A DNA stretch of 64,000 nucleotides from the NCBI RefSeq assembly GCF_009914755.1, contig NC_060942.1. One strand, given 5' to 3'. The DNA is from the human T2T-CHM13v2.0 reference genome, Homo sapiens. The notes under the pieces are model-generated. The model worked only from the letters and a program-made list of their open reading frames with translations, was not told the DNA's origin and made no database searches. This document shows positions 25,401 through 38,900 of the stretch, in pieces (position 1 is the first letter of the stretch; each line of letters starts with the position of its first letter). A program made the position numbers and the translations under genes.

Positions 25401-27854
25401 GTAGTATCTGGAAGTGGACATTTGGAGCGCTTTCAGGCCTATGTTGAAAAAGGAAATATCTTCCCATAACAACTAGACACAAGCATTCTCAGAAACTTGT
25501 TTGTGATGTGTGCCCTCTACTGACAGAGTTGAACCTTTCTTTTCATAGAGCAGTTTTGAAACACTCTTTTTGTAGAATCTGCAAGAGGATATTTGCATAG
25601 CTTTGAGGATTTCGTGGGAAACGGGATTGTCTTCAGGTAAAATCTAGACAGAAGCATTCTCAGAAACTTCTTTGGGATGTTTGCATTCAAGTCACAGAGT
25701 AGAACATTCCCTTTGGTAGAGCAGGTTTGAAACCCTCTTTTTGTAGTATCTGGAAGTGGACATTTGGAGCACTTTCAGGCCCATGTTGGAAAGGGAAATA
25801 TCTTCCCGTAACAACTAGGCAGAAGCATTCTCAGAAACTTATTTGAGATGTGTGTACTCAACTAAGAGAATTGAACCACCGTTTTGAAGGAGCAGTTTTG
25901 AAACACTCTTTTTCTGGAATCTGCAAGAGTATATTTGCCTAGCCTTGAGGATTTCGTTGGAAACGGGATTGTCTTCAGATAAAATCTAGACAGAAGCATT
26001 CTCAGAAACTTCTTTGGGATGTTTGCATTCAAGTCACAGAGTAGAACATTCCCTTTGGTAGAGCAGGTTTGAAACACTCTTTTTTTAGTATATGGAAGTG
26101 GACATTTGGAGCGCTTTCAGGCCTACGTTGGAAAAGGAAATATCTTCCCATAACAACTAGACAGAAGCATTCTCAGAAACTAGTTTCTGATGTGTGTCCT
26201 CAACTAACACAGTTGAACTTTTCTTTACACAGAACAGTTTTGAAACACTCTTTTTGTGGAATCTGCAAGTGGATATTTGGCTAGATTTGAGGATTTCGTT
26301 GGAAACGGGATTACATATAAAAAGCAGACAGCAGCATTCTCAGAAAGTTCTTTGTGATGATTGCATTCAAGTCACAGAATTGAACATTCCCTTTCACAGA
26401 GCAGGTTTGAAACCCTCTTTTTGTAGTGTGTGTAAGTGGACATTTGGAGCGCTTTCCGGCCTAAGGTGAAAAAGGAAATATCTTCCCATAAAAACTAGAC
26501 AGAAGCATTCTCAGAAACTTACTCGTGATGTGTGTCCTCAACTAAAGGAGTAGAACCTTTCTATTCATAGAGAAGTTTTCAAACGCTCTTTTTGTGGAAT
26601 CTCCAAGTGGATATTTGGCTAGTTTTGAGGATTTCGTTGGAAGCGGGAATTCATACAAATTGCAGACTGCAGCGTTATGAGAAACATCTTTGTGATGTTT
26701 GTATTCAGGACACAGAGATGAACATTCCCTATCATAGAGCAGGTTGGAATCACTCCTTTTGTAGTATCTGGAAGTGGACATTTGGAGCGCTTTCAGGCCT
26801 ATGTTGAAAAAGGAAATATCTTCCCATAACAACTAGACACAAGTATTCTCAGAAACTTGTTTGTGATGTGTGCCCTCTACTGACAGAGTTGAACCTTTCT
26901 TTTCATAGAGCAGTTTTGAAACACTCTTTTTGTAGAATCTGCAAGAGGATATTTGCATAGCTTTGAGGATTTCGTGGGAAACGGGATTGTCTTCAGGTAA
27001 AATCTAGACAGAAGCATTCTCAGAAACTTCTTTGGGATGTTTGCATTCAAGTCACAGAGTAGAACATTCCCTTTGGTAGAGCAGGTTTGAAACACTCTTT
27101 TTGTAGTATCTGGAAGTGGACATTTGGAGCGCTTTCAGGCCCATGTTGGAAAGGGAAATATCTTCCCGTAACAACTAGGCAGAAGCATTCTCAGAAACTT
27201 ATTTGAGATGTGTGTACTCAACTAAGAGAATTGAACCACCGTTTTGAAGGAGCAGTTTTGAAACACTCTTTTTCTGGATTCTGCAAGAATATATTTGCCT
27301 AGCCTTGAGGATTTCGTTGGAAACGGGATTGTCTTCAGATAAAATCTAGACAGAAGCATTCTCAGAAACTTCTTTGGGATGTTTGCATTCAAGTCACAGA
27401 GTAGAACATTCTCTTTGGTAGAGCAGGTTTGAAACACTCTTTTTTTAGTATATGGAAGTGGACATTTGGAGCGCTTTCAGGCCTACTTTGGAAAAGGAAA
27501 TATCTTCCCATAACAACTAGACAGAAGCATTCTCAGAAACTAGTTTCTGATGTGTGTCCTCAACTAACACAGTTGTACATTTCTTTAGACAGAACAGTTT
27601 TGAAACACTCTTTTTGTGGAATCTGCAAGTGGATATTTGGCTAGATTTGAGGATTTCGTTGGAAACGGGATTACATATAAAAAGCAGTCAGCAGCATTCT
27701 CAGAAAGTTCTTTGTGATGATTGTATTCAAGTCACAGAATTGAACATTCCCTTTCACAGAGCAGGTTTGAAACACACTTTTTGTAGTATGTGTAAGTGGA
27801 CATTTGGAGCGCTTTCCGGCCTAAGGTGAAAAAGGAAATATCTTCCCATAAAAA
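22415..27854 (+). repeat. Run of four 8-mer HORs
   Basis: Unit starts at 22415, 23775, 25135, 26495. Confidence 0.9.
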
Positions 27855-30800
27855 CTAGACAGAAGCATTCTCAGAAACTTACTCGTGATGTGTGTCCTCA
27901 ACTAAAGGAGTAGAACCTTTCTTTTCATAGAGAAGTTTTGAAACGCTCTTTTTGTGGAATCTGCAAGTGGATATTTGGCTAGTTTTGAGGATTTCGTTGG
28001 AAGCGGGAATTCATACAAATTGCAGACTGCAGCGTTCTGAGAAACATCTTTGTGATGTTTGTATTCAGGACACAGAGTTGAACATTCCCTATCATAGAGC
28101 AGGTTTGAATCACTCCTTTTGTAGTATCTGGAAGTGGAAATTTGGAGCGCTTTCAGGCCTATGTTGGAAAAGGAAATATCTTCCCATAACAACTAGACAG
28201 AAGCATTCTCAGAAACTTATTTGAGATGTGTGTACTCAACTAAGAGAATTGAACCACCGTTTTGAAGGAGCAGTTTTGAAACACTCTTTTTCTGGAATCT
28301 GCAAGTGGATATTTGGCTAGCTTTGGGGATTTCGCTGGAAGCGGGAATACATATAAAAAGCACACAGCAGCGTTCTGAGAAACTGCTTTCTGATGTTTGC
28401 ATTCAAGTCAAAAGTTGAACACTCCCTTTCATAGAGCAGTCTTGAAACACCCCTTTTGTAGTATCTGGAACTGGACTTTTGGGGCGCTTTCAGGGCTAAG
28501 GTGAAAAAGGAAATATCTTCCCATAAAAACTGGACAGAAGCATTCTCAGAAACTTGTTTATGCTGTATCTACTCAACTAACAAAGTTGAACCTTTCTTTT
28601 GATAGAGCAGTTTTGAAATGATCTTTTTGTGGAATCTGCAAGTGGATATTTGGCTAGTTTTGAGGATTTCGTTGGAAGCGGGGATTCATACAAATTGCAG
28701 ACTGCAGCGTTCTGAGAAACATCTTTGTGATGTTTGTATTCAGGACACAGAGTTGAACATTCCCTATCATAGAGCAGGTTGGAATCACTCCTTTTGTAGT
28801 ATCTGGAAGTGGACATTTGGAGCGCTTTCAGGCCTATGTTAAAAAAGGAAATATCTTCCCATAACAACTAGACACAAGCATTCTCAGAAACTTGTTTGTG
28901 ATGTGTGCCCTCTACTGACAGAGTTGAACCTTTCTTTTCATAGAGCAGTTTTGAAACACTCTTTTTGTAGAATCTGCAAGAGGATATTTGCATAGCTTTG
29001 AGGATTTCGTGGGAAACGGGATTGTCTTCAGGTAAAATCTAGACAGAAGCATTCTCAGAAACTTCTTTGGGATGTTTGCATTCAAGTCACAGAGTAGAAC
29101 ATTCCCTTTGGTAGAGCAGGTTTGAAACACTCTTTTTGTAGTATCTGGAAGTGGACATTTGGAGCGCTTTCGGGCCCATGATGGAAAGGGAAATATCTTC
29201 CCGTAACAACTAGGCAGAAGCATTCTCAGAAACTTATTTGAGATGTGTGTACTCAACTAAGAGAATTGAACCACCGTTTTGAAGGAGCAGTTTTGAAACA
29301 CTCTTTTTCTGGAATCTGCAAGAGTATATCTTCCTAGCTTTGTGGATTTCGTTGGAAACGGGATTGTCTTCAGATAAAATCTAGACAGAAGCATTCTCAG
29401 AAACTTCTTTGGGATGTTTGCATTCAAGTCACAGAGTAGAACATTCCCTTTGGTAGAGCAGGTTTGAAACACTCTTTTTTTAGTATATGGAAGTGGACAT
29501 TTTGATCGCTTTCAGGCCTACGTTGGAAAAGGAAATATCTTCCCATAACAACTAGACAGAAGCATTCTCAGAAACTAGTTTCTGATGTGTGTCCTCAACT
29601 AACACAGTTGAACATTTCTTTAGACAGAACAGTTTTGAAACACTCTTTTTGTGGAATCTGCAAGTGGCTATTTGGCTAGATTTGAGGATTTCGTTGGAAA
29701 CGGGATTACATATAAAAAGCAGTCAGCAGCATTCTCAGAAAGTTCTTTGTGATGATTGCATTCAAGTCACAGAATTGAACATTCCCTTTCACAGAGCAGG
29801 TTTGAAACACTCTTTTTGTAGTGTGTGTAAGTGGACATTTGGAGCACTTACCGGCCTAAGGTGAAAAAGGAAATATCTTCCCATAAAAACTAGACAGAAG
29901 CATTCTCAGAAACTTACTCGTGATGTGTGTCCTCAACTAAAGGAGTAGAACCTTTCTTTTCATAGAGAAGTTTTGAAACGCTCTTTTTGTGGAATCTGCA
30001 AGTGGATATTTGGCTAGTTTTGAGGATTTCGTTGGAAGCGGGAATTCATACAAATTGCAGACTGCAGCGTTCTGAGAAACATCTTTGTGATGTTTGTATT
30101 CAGGACACAGAGTTGAACATTCCCTATCATAGAGCAGGTTTGAATCACTCCTTTTGTAGTATCTGGAAGTGGACATTTGGAGCGCTTTCAGGCCTATGTT
30201 GGAAAAGGAAATATCTTCCCATAACAACTAGACAGAAGCATTCTCAGAAACTTATTTGAGATGTGTGTACTCAACTAAGAGAATTGAACCACCGTTTTGA
30301 AGGAGCAGTTTTGAAACACTCTTTTTCTGGAATCTGCAAGTGGATATTTGGCTAGCTTTGGGGATTTCGCTGGAAGCGGGAATACATATAAAAAGCACAC
30401 AGCAGCGTTCTGAGAAACTGCTTTCTGATGTTTGCATTCAAGTCAAAAGTTGAACACTCCCTTTCATAGAGCAGTCTTGAAACACCCCTTTTGTAGTATC
30501 TGGAACTGGACTTTTGGAGCGATTTTAGGGCTAAGGTGAAAAAGGAAATATCTTCCCATAAAAACTAGACAGAAGCATTCTCAGAAACTTGTTTATGCTG
30601 TATCTACTCAACTAACAAAGTTGAACCTTTCTTTTGATAGAGCAGTTTTGAAATGGTCTTTTTGTGGAATCTGCAAGTGGATATTTGGCTAGTTTTGACG
30701 ATTTCGTTGGAAGCGGGAATTCATACAAATTGCAGACTGCAGCGTTCTGAGAAACATCTTTGTGATGTTTGTATTCAGGACACAGAGTTGAACATTCCCT

Positions 30801-31924
30801 ATCATAGAGCAGGTTGGAATCACTCCTTTTGTAGTATCTGGAAGTGGACATTTGGAGCGCTTTCAGGCCTATGTTGAAAAAGGAAATATCTTCCCATAAC
30901 AACTAGACACAAGCATTCTCAGAAACTTGTTTGTGATGTGTGCCCTCTACTGACAGAGTTGAACCTTTCTTTTCATAGAGCAGTTTTGAAACACTCTTTT
31001 TGTAGAATCTGCAAGAGGATATTTGCATAGCTTTGAGGATTTCGTGGGAAACGGGATTGTCTTCAGGTAAAATCTAGACAGAAGCATTCTCAGAAACTTC
31101 TTTGGGATGTTTGCATTCAAGTCACAGAGTAGAACATTCCCTTTGGTAGAGCAGGTTTCAAACACTCTTTTTGTAGTATCTGGAAGTGGACATTTGAAGC
31201 GCTTTCAGGCCTATGTTGGAAAGGGAAATATCTTCCCGTAACAACTAGGCAGAAGCATTCTCAGAAACTTATTTGAGATGTGTGTACTCAACTAAGAGAA
31301 TTGAACCACCGTTTTGAAGGCGCAGTTTTGAAACACTCTTTTTCTGGAATCTGCAAGAGTATATTTGCCTAGCCTTGACGATTTCGTTGGAAACGGGATT
31401 GTCTTCAGATAAAATCTAGACAGAAGCATTCTCAGAAACTTCTTTGGGATGTTTGCATTCAAGTCACAGAGTAGAACATTCCCTTTGGTAGAGCAGGTTT
31501 GAAACACTCTTTTTTTAGTATATGGAAGTGGACATTTTGATCGCTTTCAGGCCTACGTTGGAAAAGGAAATATCTTCCCATAACGACTAGACAGAAGCAT
31601 TCTCAGAAACTAGTTTCTGATGTGTGTCCTCAACTAACACAGTTGAACATTTCCTTAGACAGAACAGTTTTGAAACACTCTTTTTGTGGAATCTGCAAGT
31701 GGCTATTTGGCTAGATTTGAGGATTTCTTTGGAAACGGGATTACATATAAAAAGCAGTCAGCAGCATTCTCAGAAAGTTCTTTGTGATGATTGCATTCAA
31801 GTCACAGAATTGAACATTCCCTTTCACAGAGCAGGTTTGAAACACTCTTTTTGTAGTGTGTGTAAGTGGACATTTGGAGCGCTTTCCGGCCTAAGGTGAA
31901 AAAGGAAATATCTTCCCATAGAAA
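27855..31924 (+). repeat. Two tandem 12-mer HORs
   Basis: Unit starts at 27855 and 29890. Confidence 0.9.
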
Positions 31925-33284
31925 CTAGAGAGAAGCATTCTCAGAAACTTACTCGTGATGTGTGTCCTCAACTAAAGGAGTAGAACCTTTCTATTCATAG
32001 AGAAGTTTTGAAACGCTCTTTTTGTGGAATCTCCAAGTGGATATTTGGCTAGTTTTGAGGATTTCGTTGGAAGCGGGAATTCATACAAATTGCAGACTGC
32101 AGCGTTCTGAGAAACATCTTTGTGATGTTTGTATTCAGGACACAGAGATGAACATTCCCTATCATAGAGCAGGTTGGAATCACTCCTTTTGTAGTATCTG
32201 GAAGTGGACATTTGGAGCGCTTTCAGGCCTATGTTGAAAAAGGAAATATCTTCCCATAACAACTAGACACAAGCATTCTCAGAAACTTGTTTGTGATGTG
32301 TGCCCTCTACTGACAGAGTTGAACCTTTCTTTTCATAGAGCAGTTTTGAAACACTCTTTTTGTAGAATCTGCAAGAGGATATTTGCATAGCTTTGAGGAT
32401 TTCGTGGGAAACGGGATTGCCTTCAGGTAAAATCTAGACAGAAGCATTCTCAGAAACTTCTTTGGGATGTTTGCATTCAAGTCACAGAGTAGAACACTCC
32501 CTTTGTTAGAGCAGGTTTGAAACCCTCCTTTTGTAGTATCTGGAAGTGGACATTTGGAGCGCTTTCAGGCCCATGTTGGAAAGGGAAATATCTTCCCGTA
32601 ACAACTAGGCAGAAGCATTCTCAGAAACTTATTTGAGATGTGTGTACTCAACTAAGAGAATTGAACCACCGTTTGGAAGGCGCAGTTTTGAAACACTCTT
32701 TTTCTGGAATCTGCAAGAGTATATTTGCCTAGCCTTGAGGATTTCGTTGGAAACGGGATTGTCTTCAGATAAAATCTAGACAGAAGCATTCTCAGAAACT
32801 TCTTTGGGATGTTTGCATTCAAGTCACAGAGTAGAACATTCCCTTTGGTAGAGCAGGTTGGAAACACTCTTTTTTTAGTATATGGAAGTGGACATTTGGA
32901 GCGCTTTCAGGCCTACGTTGGAAAAGGAAATATCTTCCCATAACAACTAAACAGAAGCATTCTCAGAAACTAGTTTCTGATGTGTGTCCTCAACTAACAC
33001 AGTTGAACTTTTCTTTAGACAGAACAGTTTTGAAACACTCTTTTTGTGGAATCTGCAAGTGGCTATTTGGCTAGATTTGAGGATTTCGTTGGAAACGGGA
33101 TTACATATAAAAAGCAGTCAGCAGCATTCTCAGAAAGTTCTTTGTGATGATTGCATTCAAGTCACAGAATTGAACATTCCCTTTCACAGAGCAGGTTTGA
33201 AACACTCTTTTTGTAGTGTGTGTAAGTGGACATTTGGAGCACTTACCGGCCTAAGGTGAAAAAGGAAATATCTTCCCATAAAAA

Positions 33285-35994
33285 CTAGACAGAAGCATTC
33301 TCAGAAACTTACTCGTGATGTGTGTCCTCAACTAAAGTAGTAGAACCTTTCTTTTCATAGAGAAGTTTTGAAACGCTCTTTTTGTGGAATCTGCAAGTGG
33401 ATATTTGGCTAGTTTTGAGGATTTCGTTGGAAGCGGGAATTCATACAAATTGCAGACTGCAGCGTTCTGAGAAACATCTTTGTGATGTTTGTATTCAGGA
33501 CACAGAGTTGAACATGCCCTATCATAGAGCAGGTTTGAATCACTCCTTTTGTAGTATCTGGAAGTGGACATTTGGAGCGCTTTCAGGCCTATGTTGGAAA
33601 AGGAAATATCTTCCCATAACAACTAGACAGAAGCATTCTCAGAAACTTATTTGAGACGTGTCTACTCAACTAAGAGAATTGAACCACCGTTTTGAAGGAG
33701 CAGTTTTGAAACACTCTTTTTCTGGAATCTGCAAGTGGATATTTGGCTAGCTTTGGGGATTTCGCTGGAAGCGGGAATACATATAAAAAGCACACAGCAG
33801 CGTTCTGAGAAACTGCTTTCTGATGTTTGCATTCAAGTCAAAAGTTGAACACTCCCTTTCATAGAGCAGTCTTGAAACACCCCTTTTGTAGTATCTGGAA
33901 CTGGACTTTTGGAGCGATTTTAGGGCTAAGGTGAAAAACGAAATATCTTCCCATAAAAACTGGACAGAAGCATTCTCAGAAACTTGTTTATGCTGTATCT
34001 ACTCAACTAACAAAGTTGAACCTTTCTTTTGATAGAGCAGTTTTGAAATGGTCTTTTTGTGGAATCTGCAAGTGGATATTTGGCTAGTTTTGAGGATTTC
34101 GTTGGAAGCGGGAATTCATACAAATTGCAGACTGCAGCGTTATGAGAAACATCTTTGTGATGTTTGTATTCAGGACACAGAGTTGAACATTCCCTATCAT
34201 AGAGCAGGTTGGAATCACTCCTTTTGTAGTATCTGGAAGTGGACATTTGGAGCGCTTTCAGGCCTATTTTGGACAGGGAAATATCTTCCCATAACAACTA
34301 TGCAGAAGCATTCTCAGAAACTTGTTTGTGATGTGTGCCCTCTACTGACAGAGTTGAACCTTTCTTTTCTTAGAGCAGTTTTGAAACACTCTTTTTGTAG
34401 AATCTGCAAGAGGATATTTGCATAGCTTTGAGGATTTCGTGGGAAACGGGATTGTCTTCAGGTAAAATCTAGACAGAAGCATTCTCAGAAACTTCTTTGG
34501 GATGTTTGCATTCAAGACACAGAGTAGAACATTCAGTTTGGTAGAGCAGGTTTGAAACACTCTTTTTGTAGTATCTGGAAGTGGACATTTGGAGCGCTTT
34601 CAGGCCCATGTTGGAAAGGGAAATATCTTCCCGTAACAACTAGGCAGAAGCATTCTCAGAAACTTATTTGAGATGTGTGTACTCAACTAAGAGAATTGAA
34701 CCACCGTTTTGAAGGAGCAGTTTTGAAACACTCTTTTTCTGGAATCTGGAAGTGGATATTTGGCTAGCTTTGGGGATTTCGCTGGAAGCGGGAATACATA
34801 TAAAAAGCACACAGCAGCGTTCTGAGAAACTGCTTTCTGATGTTTGCATTCAAGTCAAAAGTTGAACACTCCCTTTCATAGAGCAGTCCTGAAACACCCC
34901 TTTTGTAGTATCTGGAAGTGGACATTTGGAGCGCTTTCAGGGCTAAGGTGAAAAAGGAAATATCTTCCCATAAAAACTGGACAGAAGCATTCTCAGAAAC
35001 TTGTTTATGCTGTATCTACTCTACTAACAATGTTGAACCTTTCTTTTGATAGGGCAGTTTTGAAATGCTCTTTTTGTGGAATCTGCAAGTGGATATTTGG
35101 CTAGTTTTGAGGATTTCGTTGGAAGCTGGAATTCATGCACATTGTAGACTGCAGCGTTCTGAGAAACATCTTTGTGATGTTTGTATTCAGGACACAGAGT
35201 TGAACATTCCCTATCATAGAGCAGGTATGAATCACTCCTTTTGTAGTATCTGGAAGTGGACATTTGGAGCGCTTTCAGGCCTATTTTGGAAAGGGAAATA
35301 TCTTCCCGTAACAACTAGGCAGAAGCATTCTCTGAAACTTATTTGAGATGTGTGTACTCAACTAAGAGAATTGAACCACCGTTTTGAAGGAGCAGTTTTG
35401 AAACACTCTTTTTCTGGAATCTGCTAGAGGATATTTGCCTAGCTTTGAGGATTTCGTTGGAAACGGGATTGTCTTCAGATCAAATCTAGACAGAAACATT
35501 CTCAGAAACTTCTTTGGGAAGTTTGAATTCAAGTCACAGAGTAGAACATTCCCTTTGGTAGAGCAGGTTTGAAACACTCTTTTTGTAGTATCTGGAAGTG
35601 GACATTTGGAGCGCTTTCAGGCCTACGTTGGAAAAGGAAATATCTTCCCATAACAACTAGACAGAAGCATTCTCAGAAACTAGTTTCTGATGTGTGTCCT
35701 CAACTAACACAGTTGAACTTTTCTTTAGACAGAACAGTTTTGAAACACTCTTTTTGTGGAATCTGCAAGTGGATATTTGGCTAGATTTGAGGATTTCGTT
35801 GGAAACGGGATTACATATAAAAAGCAGTCAGCAGCATTCTCAGAAAGTTCTTTGTGATGATTGCATTCAAGTCACAGAATTGAACATTCCCTTTCACAGA
35901 GCAGGTTTGAAACACTCTTTTTGTAGTGTGTGTAAGTGGACATTTGGAGCGCTTTCTGGCCTAAGGTGAACAAGGAAATATCTTCCCATAAAAA
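33285..35994 (+). repeat. Unique 16-mer variant A-E-F-B-E-F-C-D (2710 bp)
   Basis: F dimers at 33960 and 34977 (spacing 1017); B is followed by E at 34640 instead of C. Confidence 0.88.
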
Positions 35995-38900
35995 CTAGAC
36001 AGAAGCATTCTCAGAAACTTACTCGTGATGTGTGTCCTCAACTAAAGGAGTAGAACCTTTCTATTCATAGAGAAGTTTTGAAATGCTCTTTTTGTGGAAT
36101 CTCCAAGTGGATATTTGGCTAGTTTTGAGGATTTCGTTGGAAGCAGGAATTCATACAAATTGCAGACTGCAGCGTTCTGAGAAACATCTTTGTGATGTTT
36201 GTATTCAGGACACAGAGATGAACATTCCCTATCATAGAGCAGGTTGGAATCACTCCTTTTGTAGTATCTGGAAGTGGACATTTGGAGCGCTTTCAGGCCT
36301 ATGTTGAAAAAGGAAATATCTTCCCATAACAACTAGACACAAGCATTCTCAGAAACTTGTTTGTGATGTGTGCCCTCTACTGACAGAGTTGAACCTTTCT
36401 TTTCATAGAGCAGTTTTGAAACACTCTTTTTGTAGAATCTGCAAGAGGATATTTGCATAGCTTTGAGGATTTCGTGGGAAACGGGATTGTCTTCAGGTAA
36501 AATCTAGACAGAAGCATTCTCAGAAACTTCTTTGGGATGTTTGCATTCAAGTCACAGAGTAGAACATTCCCTTTGGTAGAGCAGGTTTAAAACACTCTTT
36601 TTGTAGTATCTGGAAGTGGACATTTGGAGTGCTTTCAGGCCCATGTTGGAAAGGGAAATATCTTCCCGTAACAACTAGGCAGAAGGATTCTCAGAAACTT
36701 ATTTGAGATGTGTGTACTCAACTAAGAGAATTGAACCACCGTTTTGAAGGAGCAGTTTTGAAACACTCTTTTTCTGGAATCTGCAAGAGTATATTTGCCT
36801 AGCCTTGAGGATTTCGTTAGAAACGGGATTGTCTTCAGATAAAATCTAGACAGAAGCATTCTCAGAAACTTCTTTGGGATGTTTGCATTCAAGTCACAGA
36901 GTAGAACATTCCCTTTGGTAGAGCAGGTTTGAAACACTCTTTTTTTAGTATATGGAAGTGGACATTTGGAGCGCTTTCAGGCCTACGTTGGAAAAGGAAA
37001 TATCTTCCCATAACAACTAGACAGAAGCATTCTCAGAAACTAGTTTCTGATGTGGGTCCTCAACTAACACAGTTGAACTTTTCTTTAGACAGAACAGTTT
37101 TGAAACACTCTTTTTGTGGAATCTGCAAGTGGATATTGGGCTAGATTTGAGGATTTCGTTGGAAACGGGATTACATATAAAAAGCAGTCAGCAGCATTCT
37201 CAGAAAGTTCTTTGTGATGATTGCATTCAAGTCACAGAATTGAACATTCCCTTTCACAGAGCAGGTTTGAAACACTCTTTCTGTAGTGTGTGTTAGTGGA
37301 CATTTGGAGCGCTTTCCGGCCTAAGGTGAAAAAGGACATATCTTCCCATAAAAACTAGACAGAAGCATTCTCAGAAACTTACTCGTGATGTGTGTCCTCA
37401 ACTAAAGGAGTAGAACGTTTCTATTCATAGAGAAGTTTTGAAACGCTCTTTTTGTGGAATCTCCAAGTGGATATTTGGCTAGTTTTGAGGATTTCGTTGG
37501 AAGCGGGAATTCATACAAATTGCAGACTGCAGCGTTCTGAGAAACATCGTTGTGATGTTTGTATTCAGGACACAGAGTTGAACATTCCCTATCATAGAGC
37601 AGGTTTGAATCACTCCTTTTGTAGTATCTGGAAGTGGACATTTGGAGCGCTTTCAGGCCTATGTTGGAAAAGGAAATATCTTCCCATAACAACTAGACAG
37701 AAGCATTCTCAGAAACTTATTTGAGATGTGTGTACTCAACTAAGAGAATTGAACCACCGTTTTGAAGGAGCAGTTTTGAAACACTCTTTTTCTGGAATCT
37801 GCAAGTGGATATTTGGCTAGCTTTGGGGATTTCGCTGGAAGCGGGAATACATATAAAAAGCACACAGCAGCGTTCTGAGAAACTGCTTTCTGATGTTTGC
37901 ATTCAAGTCAAAAGTTGAACACTCCCTTTCATAGAGCAGTCTTGAAACACCCCTTTTGTAGTATCTGGAACTGGACATTTGGAGCGCTTTCAGGGCTAAG
38001 GTGAAAAAGGAAATATCTTCCCATAAAAACTGGACAGAAGCATTCTCAGAAACTTGTTTATGCTGTATCTACTCTACTAACAAAGTTGAACCTTTCTTTT
38101 GATAGAGCAGTTTTGAAATGCTCTCTTTGTGGAATCTGCAAGTGGATATTTGGCTAGTTTTGAGGATTTCATTGGAAGCTGGAATTCATGCAAATTGCAG
38201 ACTGCAGCGTTCTGAGAAACATCTTTGTGATGTTTGTATTCAGGACACAGAGTTGAACTTTCCCTATCATAGAGCAGGTTGGAATCACTCCTTTTGCAGT
38301 ATCTGGAAGTGGACATTTGGAGCGCTTTCAGGCCTATTTTGGAAAGGGAAATATCTTCCCGTAACAACTAGGCAGAAGCATTCTCTGAAACTTATTTGAG
38401 ATGTGTGTACTCAACTAAGAGAATTGAACCACCGTTTTGAAGGAGCAGTTTTGAAACACTCTTTTTCTGGAATCTGCTAGAGGATATTTGCCTAGCTTTG
38501 AGGATTTCGTTGGAAACGGGATTGTCTTCAGATCAAATCTAGACAGAAGCATTCTCAGAAACTTCTTTGGGATGTTTGTATTCAAGTCACAGAGTAGAAC
38601 ATGCCCTTTGGTAGAGCAGGTTTGAAACACTCTTTTTTTAGTATATGGAAGTGGACATTTGGAGCGCTTTCAGGCCTACCTTGGAAAAGGAAATATCTTC
38701 CCATAACAACTAGACAGAAGCATTCTCAGAAACTAGTTTCTGATGTGTGTCCTCAGGTAACACAGTTGAACTTTTCTTTAGACAGAAGAGTTTTGAAACA
38801 CTCTTTTTGTGGAATCTGCAAGTGGATATTTGGCTAGATTTGAGGATTTAGTTGGAAACGGGATTACATATAAAAAGCAGACAGGAGCATTCTCAGAAAG

